Shown here piece by piece: positions 1 to 8,326 of a DNA stretch of 18,417 nt. Source of the DNA: Halalkalibacterium halodurans (GTDB lineage Bacteria; Bacillota; Bacilli; Bacillales; Bacillaceae_D); NCBI RefSeq assembly GCF_004376175.1, contig NZ_SNUY01000074.1:1-18417 (forward strand), read 5' to 3'. The translations under genes were made by a program, and so were the position numbers. Positions within the stretch are counted from its first letter, which is position 1; every line of letters begins with the position of its first letter. The notes under the pieces are model-generated. The model was given only the letters and a program-made list of their open reading frames with translations, was not told the origin of the DNA and did no database searches.

Positions 1-1478
1 CTCTCCTTGGTAGAATCATAGTCGACAAAAACCCGATTCAAAGGAGAAACCCTATGCAAAAGAATAACACAGAATACCCAACTTTAAAAGAACTTGAACA
101 GCTAGTTTGGAGGAAGTTACAGGAAACCTTCTCAAGTGTGATGACCTGCATACTAGAGGAATATGACGAAGAAATTATGCAACAACGTGATAAGCAACGC
201 TTCCATTATAAAGATAAACGGCCTCTAAAAATAGACAGTTTATTTGGTGAGATTGAGCTGAAGCGTTCCTACTATCGAGATCGTGAAACAGGGAAATATG
301 TTTATCTCCTTGACCAGTACCTGCAATTTGAGGGGATAAAAGGTTTTAGCCCTTTGGTAGAAGAAGCCGCGATTGAGCTCGCTGTGACAAGTCCTTCCTA
401 CCGAAAGGCATCGAACACGCTTGAGACTCTTCTTGGTTATCGTGTCATTAGTCATGAAGCCATTCGCCAACATCTGTTAGAAGTAGAAGCGACGCAGAAA
501 GACCGTCAGCCTATCACACATCCAGTATTGTTTATCGAGGTGGATGGACTGTATCTAAAGCGACAAGAGAAACGAATCAAAGGGAAAGAAGAGAAAATCG
601 CAGCGGTTCATCAAGGCTGGGAGGTCAACGGAAAAAGGGTGAGTTTAAAGGAGAAGCGACATTATGTTCATCGGGGGAAAGAACCGTTTTGGGAGGGGCT
701 TGAGACTTTTCTCATGGAGGCGTTTGACTATGATCCAGCGGTGCATCGACTTGTCATTAACGGGGATGGAGCGACTTGGATTACCGCTTGTCGAGACTAT
801 TTTCAAGGACGAGCCTTCTTCACGATTGATCGTTTCCATGTGGCACGTGATATCAGGAGACTGTTTCGAGATCACAGGCGTTATCGAGCCATGCAGAAAG
901 CCCTCGCAAAGTATGATGGAGAAACACTTATAACAGAGCTCAACAGTGCAGTGGGAACGCTTGAGACAGAAGCGAAAGAAGAGCGTTTAGAGGCGTTGAT
1001 TCATCAGCTTGAACAGTACCCCGAAGCATTGGGAGATTACAGACAATGGCTGAAAGATCAGGGGATTGATCCGACAGGGTTCCGCCCAATGGGAAGTGCT
1101 GAGGGAACCATGAGTGTTTTTGCGAAACGTTTGAAGAATGGACGAAGTTGGGTTGAAAAAGGCGCTAGTGCCATGATGACAGCGATGGTTGCGTTAATGG
1201 ATAAACTCCCTCTCAAAACACTAATGGGACGTGTTGAAGAATGGACAGAGCCAAAGGAAGAACGTCCTCCCAAGTACTTTCTGGAGAAGGTCGAGAGTAC
1301 AATTGGTGAAGCGACACGAAATAACATCATGTATCTCAAACAAAGAGCGAATATTCCAGTTTACCGAGCACTGAAAGACTTGAAAGGCTTTTAAAAGCCC
1401 TAAGATTCTTAACAGAGGAGAACCCTAACATTCTGAATTCGCTTACACCTATGAGAATGGAAAATATTCCTCCCACAA
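1..1478 (+). mobile_element. ISLre2-family insertion sequence. The left terminus is off-window and the right terminus is approximate.
   Basis: The transposase ORF at 54-1394 has an SD (aaaggag). There is an imperfect subterminal inverted match between 1-21 (ctctccttggtagaatcatag) and ~1401-1421 (ctaagattcttaacagaggag). CheY-like coding sequence resumes only at ~1482, so the right end lies between ~1425 and ~1481. Confidence 0.55.
54..1394 (+). CDS. ISLre2 (UPF0236) family DDE transposase
   Basis: The 446-aa ORF starts at ATG 54, 7 nt after aaaggag. The segments FIEVDGLYLK, VINGDGATWI and IDRFHVARDI, and the overall size, match my recollection of ISLre2/UPF0236 transposases. This was not searched. 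Confidence 0.7.
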   Translation: MQKNNTEYPTLKELEQLVWRKLQETFSSVMTCILEEYDEEIMQQRDKQRFHYKDKRPLKIDSLFGEIELKRSYYRDRETGKYVYLLDQYLQFEGIKGFSPLVEEAAIELAVTSPSYRKASNTLETLLGYRVISHEAIRQHLLEVEATQKDRQPITHPVLFIEVDGLYLKRQEKRIKGKEEKIAAVHQGWEVNGKRVSLKEKRHYVHRGKEPFWEGLETFLMEAFDYDPAVHRLVINGDGATWITACRDYFQGRAFFTIDRFHVARDIRRLFRDHRRYRAMQKALAKYDGETLITELNSAVGTLETEAKEERLEALIHQLEQYPEALGDYRQWLKDQGIDPTGFRPMGSAEGTMSVFAKRLKNGRSWVEKGASAMMTAMVALMDKLPLKTLMGRVEEWTEPKEERPPKYFLEKVESTIGEATRNNIMYLKQRANIPVYRALKDLKGF

Positions 1479-1481
1479 AAG

Positions 1482-1757
1482 GTTGACACAATCGCGGAAA
1501 ACGGAAAGGTTTCCGTGGAATTGTATGAGGAATTAAGACCGGACCTGGTGACGATGGATATTACTATGCCGGAAATGAACGGGGTAGAAGCCGTCAAAGA
1601 GATTAAAAAAATTGATAATAACGCAAAGATCATTATGTGTTCAGCCATGGGCCAGCAAGGGATGGTTGTAGAAGCCATTCAGTCCGGTGCAAAAGATTTT
1701 ATCGTAAAGCCTTTCACCCCGGAAAGAATAGCTGAAGCAGTGGGTAAGTTATTTTAA
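1482..1757 (+). pseudogene. cheY: CheY-like response regulator, 5'-truncated by the IS
   Basis: The translation VDTIAENGKVSVELYEELRPDLVTMDITMPEMNGVEAVKEIKKIDNNAKIIMCSAMGQQGMVVEAIQSGAKDFIVKPF is colinear with Bacillus CheY from about residue 40 onward. The frame is closed by TGA at 1452-1454, and the sequence upstream of 1482 is not CheY-like. The N-terminal acidic pocket is missing. The track ORF starts at an internal GTG at 1515. Confidence 0.8.
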
Positions 1758-1805
1758 ATATTACTCCTGGAAGAACTGCAAAACTTGAACAGAGGGGCGA
1801 AGGAA

Positions 1806-1895
1806 ATGAAAAAGTTATTTAATTTCAGAAGTATCCGAGCGAAAATTTTGTCCGGTTTCTCAGTAGTTATTCTATTAGTGCTTTGCTTAGGGTGA
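1806..1895 (+). pseudogene. N-terminal stub (29 codons) of a methyl-accepting chemotaxis protein
   Basis: ATG 1806 gives MKKLFNFRSIRAKILSGFSVVILLVLCLG*. This is the typical MCP N-terminus plus first TM helix. It ends at TGA 1893-1895, and no sensor, HAMP or signalling domain follows. Confidence 0.6.
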
Positions 1896-3428
1896 ATTGA
1901 TCGCACCCACACTCGCCGAAACGAATGACTGCATCAGGGAAGAGAACTGGCTGAGATCTTCTTCGACCGCTGCCATCATTGTTTCATGCACTTCTGCATC
2001 AAGGTCGTCCCCTTCAAAGGTATACTCTTTCACATTGTCGCCGATAGAGCCCCAGGAAGATTCCACGTTGCTGATGAGCCACGTGCTGTCATCTTCGTCA
2101 TAAGTCAGGGCATAAGTCATGTTATACAGTTCATCATATATATTCGGAGAATAGCCGCTGTAATAATCAGCTTCTTTCCAGTTTTCCGCGGTGGAAACAG
2201 ATGCCTGCCATCTGCCGTCCTGTTCGTATACAACAATGGAGTCCAGGTCGAAGCTGGTGGTTAAAAGGCTCCCGATATAAAGCTGGTCATTCCTGTTCAT
2301 GGAATTGATCGTCCTTGTAAGCTGTTCCCTAAGTGACGGCCCCGCATGCTGTACAGAAGACATGCTTCGTGAAATCTTAGCTTCTTTCCAGTCATGCAGG
2401 TATTCATTGACTGTTTCAAAAACGGACTCGGCGTCTTCCTCGCTCAGTGTAAAGCTGAATGACATATATTCAGAGTCCACTGTCCGCGGCTGGCTCTCGA
2501 TCGTACCGAACGGAGTTTCTTTTTCAAGGTGCATAGTTAATGACCCGTCAAGCAGAAGCGGCCCGAAATATTCCCCTTCTGCAGGGACTGAAGCACCAGT
2601 ATTTTCCCCATTTAAGAATATGTCTGCCCCGGCAATAGAGGAGTCGATTTCTGTATAGCTGATGCTGAACCAGAGATCGGCATAGTTTTCATGGAATAAT
2701 TCAACATCCGTTTCTACTTCCAGTTCCATGAACTCGCTGTCCAGTACGGCCTTCACATTATGGACGCCTGGAGGGAAGGTGCCGAGCGTAACCATGTCCT
2801 CGTGGGTATATTGCGGTTCTGTTTCGGTTCCGTTCACGAAAAACTGCACGTCGTGGTAATTAGTGTATACATGCAGCTCCTGGGGATGGACGGTAAACTC
2901 ATAGTTATCATAGAGGAAGAATTTTTTCCCCGTTTTCTCAAAGGTAATGAGCGGAATTTCCCAGTATTCATCGTGCACCGGCTCTTCGGCGGCAAGGCTG
3001 ATATTCCCTTTGTAGGAACGGGCCTGCTCATGGAAAGCATGTAACATTTCGTCTTTTAAATAAGGGTAGTCGTTGAAATAGGCTAGAATAGCTGCTGCAG
3101 ATTCCTCTGTGAAATCTTCTCCGTCGCCAGCATAGTTGAGGTAGCTCATAAGTGCTTCTGCGTCGCCTTCACTCACTGCTTCTGTGAATTGATCCAGTCG
3201 TTTTTCCGGATCTATATATGCTTCACCTGCTTTATACAAACCGAAAAATAAGGAAGCGGCAGCAATCACACTTCCGCCGATGACCATTGTTTTTTTCGAA
3301 AAAGAAGGCAGGGATTGCTTTGGCCCGGGAGCGTCCGGCGTGCCGGACACTTTCATTTCAGAGCCGCATTCCGTACAAAAACCAGATGAAGTCTCATGCT
3401 TTGCACCACATTTTGTACAAAAATTCAT
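1887..3428 (-). CDS. TcaA/YvbJ-like membrane protein (N-terminal zinc ribbon, one TM, large extracytoplasmic domain with NTF2-like module)
   Basis: ATG 3428 has a strong SD (aaaggagaa). The protein has CTKCG..CTECG at the N-terminus and a TM helix (MVIGGSVIAAASLFFGLY). An all-beta/PEGA-like middle follows, then an NTF2-like segment (LYIGSLLTTSFDLDSIVVYEQDGRWQASVSTAENW...TWLISNVE). This architecture is recalled from S. aureus TcaA and B. subtilis YvbJ. Confidence 0.7.
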   Translation of the reverse strand: MNFCTKCGAKHETSSGFCTECGSEMKVSGTPDAPGPKQSLPSFSKKTMVIGGSVIAAASLFFGLYKAGEAYIDPEKRLDQFTEAVSEGDAEALMSYLNYAGDGEDFTEESAAAILAYFNDYPYLKDEMLHAFHEQARSYKGNISLAAEEPVHDEYWEIPLITFEKTGKKFFLYDNYEFTVHPQELHVYTNYHDVQFFVNGTETEPQYTHEDMVTLGTFPPGVHNVKAVLDSEFMELEVETDVELFHENYADLWFSISYTEIDSSIAGADIFLNGENTGASVPAEGEYFGPLLLDGSLTMHLEKETPFGTIESQPRTVDSEYMSFSFTLSEEDAESVFETVNEYLHDWKEAKISRSMSSVQHAGPSLREQLTRTINSMNRNDQLYIGSLLTTSFDLDSIVVYEQDGRWQASVSTAENWKEADYYSGYSPNIYDELYNMTYALTYDEDDSTWLISNVESSWGSIGDNVKEYTFEGDDLDAEVHETMMAAVEEDLSQFSSLMQSFVSASVGAINSP

Positions 3429-3490
3429 TGGATGTTCTCCTTTATTGTAAATTGAAGTTATGTTTTTTTAGCAGGAAGCCGTTGGTCTGT

Positions 3491-5038
3491 TTAAGCTGCC
3501 TGATGTGAAGCAGTATTGCTGTTTACCCGGCTTGTGAAAAACATAGCGCCGGCATATGTGCCAATAAAGGCAAGGACCGAGCTGAACAAAAGTACAGCGA
3601 AGGTAGAGAAGCCGAGAGTCATCGTAAAGGCATCGCTAATGTTGGTAGTGACCGAGAAGCGGGTGATGGAAACGAGTGCCGCGTTAACGATACCAAAGGC
3701 AAGGGCGTAGGCGCCGATTTCATAGAGCAGGTTTCCGGAGCTTGCTTTCAAGAGTACCCCTCCCGTCCAGAAATGGATGGCCAGGGGGATCAGGACAAGC
3801 AGCCATAGATATCCGCCGAAAACTTCCTTCAAATCTTCTTCAAGGTAAGGGTCGTACGGTGTCACCTTGACTCCTCCGAGCACGGAATAGCTTGCACTCA
3901 CCTGTTCATAGTCCATCTGTGCATCAAAGCTGAGGGAAGCCAGCTGGGACAGTGACCAGAAATAGCCGCCTGTCTGTGATGCTACGAGCGTCCGCTCTCC
4001 TGTAGTGGCAGTGCTGAATTCATCATGTGCAGATATGGTAATGAACGCTGCAAAAAACATGATGGTCAGCCCGGCCACTGTGTTGACTGCTGCACGGGAT
4101 ATAGATACACCGTAACTTGTGTTTTTCCCTGGGCTCACTGACCTCGGAACGGAGAGTACAGCCCCTGCAGTGGTGAAAATCAGGCTGATGATTAAGGCAT
4201 TTATAAAAGTAGCGAAGAAACCGTAGCTTGCTGACACCGTTATATCGCCAATGAAGCCTGAAGGGTCCGGTACACTGATGGAAGCACCGCCGAACAGGCT
4301 GATGAATGCGATCAATACAGCGTAAACGAGTGCAAAGGAAAGATTATTATAAAGGCGTGGCAGCATTGCCGAGCTCTGCTGGTTACGGTTCATCAGGTAA
4401 CCGGCCAGGATAAGGACAACTGCGGGAATTGTAAGGAACAGGAAAAGCCCACTCGTTGTTGTGAGATGAAAGCTTGCAAACGCAATATCGGCACCGTAGC
4501 TTACCCCTGACATATGGCCGAGAAGCAGCAGGTCACTGGCAGTGATAAGTTTCAGGTTCTGCAGGATGTCCGGAGAAAGTAACATTCCAATTTCACTGGA
4601 AATCTCGTCCATGATCAATCCTTGGATATAACTGTTAAAGGTGGAGCTGATGATGAAAGTAAGAATGAATAACGTGGCAGCTGCCATACCGCTCCATTTA
4701 GCTGCATGGAGCAGATTATCTTTCTGGAAAATGTCCTGTAAACTTTTTAGTGCCCCTTCTTGGGAGTGGAGGTAACCGCTGCTGTTATCTGATCCTGCCG
4801 CTGTCTGGTGGAAGCCTGATTCTTTATGGGCAGCGCTGATTTTTTCAAGGGAGTGTCCGCAGCCGGTACAATAAACTGCCTCTGTTGAATGCTGTTCGCT
4901 GCAGTTACTGCAGTACTTGCTTTCACTCCGTGTAACCTGGGCGCCGTAAGTAGTAGTTAATGGCATGCCGTCATTAACACAGTAGAGGGCACCTTGTTCA
5001 TTTTTTGTTCCGCAATGTGTACAATGCAAAATATTCAC
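3491..5038 (-). CDS. Double zinc-ribbon polytopic membrane protein, family unknown
   Basis: The 515-aa ORF has an N-terminal CTHCG..YC (degenerate ribbon) and CSNCS..CTGCG (complete ribbon). About eight or more hydrophobic helices follow. The GTG start at 5038 has only a short spacing to aagga, so the true start may be a few codons downstream. Confidence 0.65.
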   Translation of the reverse strand: MNILHCTHCGTKNEQGALYCVNDGMPLTTTYGAQVTRSESKYCSNCSEQHSTEAVYCTGCGHSLEKISAAHKESGFHQTAAGSDNSSGYLHSQEGALKSLQDIFQKDNLLHAAKWSGMAAATLFILTFIISSTFNSYIQGLIMDEISSEIGMLLSPDILQNLKLITASDLLLLGHMSGVSYGADIAFASFHLTTTSGLFLFLTIPAVVLILAGYLMNRNQQSSAMLPRLYNNLSFALVYAVLIAFISLFGGASISVPDPSGFIGDITVSASYGFFATFINALIISLIFTTAGAVLSVPRSVSPGKNTSYGVSISRAAVNTVAGLTIMFFAAFITISAHDEFSTATTGERTLVASQTGGYFWSLSQLASLSFDAQMDYEQVSASYSVLGGVKVTPYDPYLEEDLKEVFGGYLWLLVLIPLAIHFWTGGVLLKASSGNLLYEIGAYALAFGIVNAALVSITRFSVTTNISDAFTMTLGFSTFAVLLFSSVLAFIGTYAGAMFFTSRVNSNTASHQAA

Positions 5039-5119
5039 CGTCCTTAATTATGTAGGGTTTTAGTTGTGTAGATTTGTAAAAGTTCCTGGTGGGTAGGACC
5101 GGTTTAAAAGCTTTCCGGC

Positions 5120-5620
5120 TTATACTGCAACAGGGACTTTTTTACCGCAGCATGGGCAGAAATTAGCCGAGGCAGGATAGGAGGTTTCACATGCAGAACA
5201 CGAGCGAGCCGTTGATTCCTGGACAGTTTCTTTCTCCAATTTACTGCCGCAACCGCCGCAAAACTTATCGTCGGGACCGTTTGCTGCACTGCAGGAAGTA
5301 CAGATTACCTGACCCTCCGCACTGCTCTGACTCAACGCTTCTATGTTTTGGTTTGCCGAATACATCTGTTTGTCCAGCTCTGCGATGCCTTCTGCTGTTT
5401 TGGAAAACTCTGAATCTGTTATTTCACCTGTGCGTAACTTTTGGTATGCAAGCTGGCCAAGCTCAATTAAAGCTTCGGACTTCTTCAGGGCGCTCTCCTG
5501 AACCATTTTTTTCAGACGGTTGATTTCCTTTGTGGTTTGCAGCTTTTGCTTCCCTTGTTCAATACCTCCCTGAAACTTTGACAGACCTTCGCCGATTTTG
5601 GATTGTAAGTCGTTTGACAT
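5120..5620 (-). CDS. Soluble coiled-coil protein with two C-terminal zinc ribbons
   Basis: I chose ATG 5620 (MSNDLQSK...) over the track start at 5677, because gaaaggaagg lies 8 nt upstream of it. The N-terminal ~110 aa are heptad-rich. The C-terminus has CTSCS..CGGCG and CSACE..CPCCG. Confidence 0.7.
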   Translation of the reverse strand: MSNDLQSKIGEGLSKFQGGIEQGKQKLQTTKEINRLKKMVQESALKKSEALIELGQLAYQKLRTGEITDSEFSKTAEGIAELDKQMYSANQNIEALSQSSAEGQVICTSCSAANGPDDKFCGGCGSKLEKETVQESTARSCSACETSYPASANFCPCCGKKVPVAV

Positions 5621-5771
5621 AATGCGATCCTTCCTTTCTGTTTGTATGGTGGAGCAGGCTGCTAACTTCCCCCTCAACCTTTTGTAATGATACTTTTTTC
5701 TTATTTTGGGTTATTTAGTCGGAGGCGGGAGGATAGGTATAAGTAAAAAGAACTATAAAGGAAATTATATA

Positions 5772-6407
5772 TTATAACTCAACTTTCGCACCACAAAATA
5801 AGCCTATAACCCTTGATACGCCTTAACCCAAACCAAACGAACTATGCAGCTTGCGCATGAAATTCACCATCACCAAGAAATGTCTTCTGTAGAAATTGAG
5901 GAAGACTATCAAACAGCTCATCGATGATGGATTGGACTTTTTCTTCAGAAAGCACGGGTTCCTTGGAAAGTGTTGATTTCAATGCATCTATGACCATCAT
6001 AAATGCCTGGGCGAACCGAACATCTTCCATTTCATCGCAGCACAAATAGAAGAGCTGTCCAATCGTTTTTGGATCCTTCTCTTCACGGGAACTTACGGCA
6101 AGCATGATATAGCGTGCGAAAACGATGGTGGTATGGGCAACCAGCGCATCATAATGGCGCGATTGGCATTCTTTCGCCAAACGAAGGTGGGATTTAGCGA
6201 CTTTGAAAAAACATTCGATATCCCAACGCTTCCCATAGAGACGAACGACTTCTTCTTAAAATACATCCCTTTCTGGTTTAGTTGTGGTGACTATATTTTA
6301 CCAAATTGGGATGTATTTTTGTGTGATTTTTTAATACTTTTTTCCGAAAGACCCCAGTCATATCAAGGGGTGGTTAATGTTTTTTAGATGCGAAAGTTGA
6401 GTTATAA
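5772..6407 (-). mobile_element. Internally deleted (non-autonomous) IS4-superfamily element, 636 bp, with intact termini
   Basis: There are perfect 19-bp terminal inverted repeats: ttataactcaactttcgca at 5772-5790 and its reverse complement at 6389-6407. Similarity extends imperfectly to ~50 bp and includes cccttgata/tatcaaggg. Inside, only the C-terminal third of a DDE transposase remains. Confidence 0.8.
5842..6255 (-). pseudogene. C-terminal remnant of an IS4-superfamily DDE transposase
   Basis: The frame is open from 6255 and preceded by an in-frame TAA at 6256-6258. The translation is EEVVRLYGKRWDIECFFKVAKSHLRLAKECQ.... It carries the Y-x2-R-x3-E-x6-K signature of the third catalytic region. 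The N-terminal DD region is absent. Confidence 0.8.
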
Positions 6408-6427
6408 ATAGTCAAAAAAGAAGTAGG

Positions 6428-6472
6428 GATTTTTCGGGTGGTGACAGGCACCGCCCGAAAAATCTTGTTAGC
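6428..6472 (+). repeat. Repeat family R, copy a (palindromic form), left part
   Basis: A 16-bp stem pairs gatttttcgggtggtg (6428-6443) with caccgcccgaaaaatc (6449-6464). It has one T.G pair and the loop acagg. The stem is followed by ttgtt. The segment caccRcccgaaWaatcttgtt matches copies b and c. Confidence 0.7.
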
Positions 6473-6501
6473 GATTTTGAAAGGGGCTGTCTCAAAAGCC
6501 C

Positions 6502-8175
6502 TTAAAAAGAAAAGCCTGAAGTGACATTTATAAGTCGCTTCAGGCTTTTTGTCTCCGATGATCGGTTTATCTCTTCCTGAAACAGGCGGATGGTCTTCGC
6601 CTGTTTCAGGAAGTTGTGGGCGATTGCGATCAGCCCAAACTCAATGTTCACCTTGTCAAGGCCACGAAGGTGAAAACGACGGAACGACCGATTGCCCTTG
6701 ATATGACCGAACACGCTTTCGACCTCTGTTTTCCGTTTTCGATAGGTCTTTGCGCCTTCTTCCGTATCAAGGGCTCGTTTCATTTTTGATTTTCCTTCTT
6801 CATATACCGGATTATAGTGAATCTGGCGATTGCCTTTCGCTTTTGTACAATCCGTCTTGAATGGACACCCGGTACAGTCTTCACATTCATATATTTTGAA
6901 GTCTCGTTCGTATCCGTAGGCATCCGTTCGTTTGCGGTAGTATCGAAAAGTCACTCTCCGGTTATTTGGGCATATATAGGTATCATCATGTTCCAAATAC
7001 GTCCAGTTCTGTACCTTCCATGGGTCGTTCCGATAGACCCGGCTTTCTTCTTTTCTCATCGTATGATAAGGGATGAGGGCATCCCATTCGTTTTCAGCGA
7101 TATATAAATAGTTGGGCTCACTTCCATAACCAGCGTCTGCGATTAGCTTCTTTGGAAAGGGAAGTTGGCGTTCTTCAAGCATACGAAGGTGTGGAATCAA
7201 ACAACGAGTATCTGTTGGGCGTTGATGAATGGAATAACCGACAATGAATTGATTTTCGGTCCCTGCCTGTACATTATATCCGGGTTTCAGTTGACCGTTT
7301 TTCATATGATCTTCCTTCATACGCATAAATGTGGCATCTCGATCGGTTTTGGAGAAACTATTTCGATCACCGAATGTCGCTAATTGATTTTCGTATCTTT
7401 CTAAGCGTGGCAGATAGTCTGTGTTTAACTTCTTATGTAATTGGCGCCAGTGACGAGCTTCCGCTTTTTTCTCTTTTTTCAGAACCGGATCTTGTTCGTC
7501 ATGAAGGGCTTGTTCCGCTTGATTCGCCTGTTTTTCCACTTGAGTGACAGCTTCACGTAACTGTTCAGAAGTCACACGCTTGTTTTCCCCTTGATCATTC
7601 TCTACCTGCTGGTTATCGGAATCAATCGTCTCTTCAATGTGGGCGAATAATTCTTCGAGCTTGTCCTGTAGCCGCTCCTTATACTTCTGGACGGACTTTT
7701 TCCAAACAAACGTATATCGATTGGCATTCGCCTCGATTTTGGTTCCATCGAGAAAGTAGTTGTCCATGGTGATGTAGTTTTGGTCGAGCAGTAACTGAAT
7801 GAGGGACGTAAACAATGGCTCAATGATGTCTTTCATTCGTTCCGAGCGAAAACGATTAATGGTGCGGAAATCTGGTGTTTGACGAGCGGCCAACCACATC
7901 ATCGGAAGATGTTCACGCAGGGACTTGGCAATGTCGCGACACGAATATAATTTTTGCGTGTAGGCATACAAAATGATTTTCGTCATCATCTTTGGGTGGT
8001 AGGCACTCCGGCCGCCACCTTTATATGGGGCGTAGAAGAGATCTTCATCCACCATTTCCACCATGTCATTCACCACACGCGCCACATGGTCTTCGGGGAT
8101 GAGATCGCTAAAATCCATTGGAAGGACTAATTGGTCCATGTTATAATGAATGAAAGTAGCTATAGAGTTACTCAA
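6502..8175 (-). CDS. IS1182 family transposase
   Basis: The 557-aa ORF starts at TTG with SD ggagg 8 nt upstream. The N-terminus (LVLPMDFSDLIPEDHVARVVNDMVE, GGRSAYHPKMMTKIILYAYT, FLDGTKIEANAN) and the C-terminus (VESVFGHIKGNRSFRRFHLRGL) are as recalled for IS1182/IS5-related transposases. Confidence 0.9.
   Translation of the reverse strand: MSNSIATFIHYNMDQLVLPMDFSDLIPEDHVARVVNDMVEMVDEDLFYAPYKGGGRSAYHPKMMTKIILYAYTQKLYSCRDIAKSLREHLPMMWLAARQTPDFRTINRFRSERMKDIIEPLFTSLIQLLLDQNYITMDNYFLDGTKIEANANRYTFVWKKSVQKYKERLQDKLEELFAHIEETIDSDNQQVENDQGENKRVTSEQLREAVTQVEKQANQAEQALHDEQDPVLKKEKKAEARHWRQLHKKLNTDYLPRLERYENQLATFGDRNSFSKTDRDATFMRMKEDHMKNGQLKPGYNVQAGTENQFIVGYSIHQRPTDTRCLIPHLRMLEERQLPFPKKLIADAGYGSEPNYLYIAENEWDALIPYHTMRKEESRVYRNDPWKVQNWTYLEHDDTYICPNNRRVTFRYYRKRTDAYGYERDFKIYECEDCTGCPFKTDCTKAKGNRQIHYNPVYEEGKSKMKRALDTEEGAKTYRKRKTEVESVFGHIKGNRSFRRFHLRGLDKVNIEFGLIAIAHNFLKQAKTIRLFQEEINRSSETKSLKRLINVTSGFSF
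6511..6548 (-). terminator. Rho-independent terminator-like hairpin at the 3' end of the IS1182 transposase ORF
   Basis: A 15-bp stem pairs aaagcctgaagtgac with gtcgcttcaggcttt, with one mismatch and an 8-nt loop. On the minus strand it is followed by tcttttt. It overlaps the last ~15 codons. Confidence 0.55.
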
Positions 8176-8326
8176 AAGAATCGCCTCCGTTTTCTTATTT
8201 TGTTTGTGTGGGTACTTACATTATAACGAACGGGGCGATTTTTTTGTATTCAAAAGGGCTGCCCATAAGTCAATCATTTTGACTTATGGGACAGCCCCTC
8301 CAGAAAGCTTTTAGCGTGGTAAAAAA

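Larger units (their letters stand above)
6478..8301 (-). mobile_element. IS1182-family insertion sequence (~1.8 kb), apparently complete
   Basis: The terminal inverted repeats are aaaggggctgtctcaaaag (6479-6497) and cttatgggacagcccctcc (8283-8301), which has reverse complement ggaggggctgtcccataag. A single 557-aa transposase ORF lies between them. Confidence 0.75.

Noticed and set aside
1898-1910. gatcgcaccca at the MCP/TcaA breakpoint resembles the 21-bp repeat core (aatcgcacgact).
   Set aside because: Only a 7-mer (atcgcac) is shared, which is expected by chance a couple of times in 18 kb. There is no phased repetition here.
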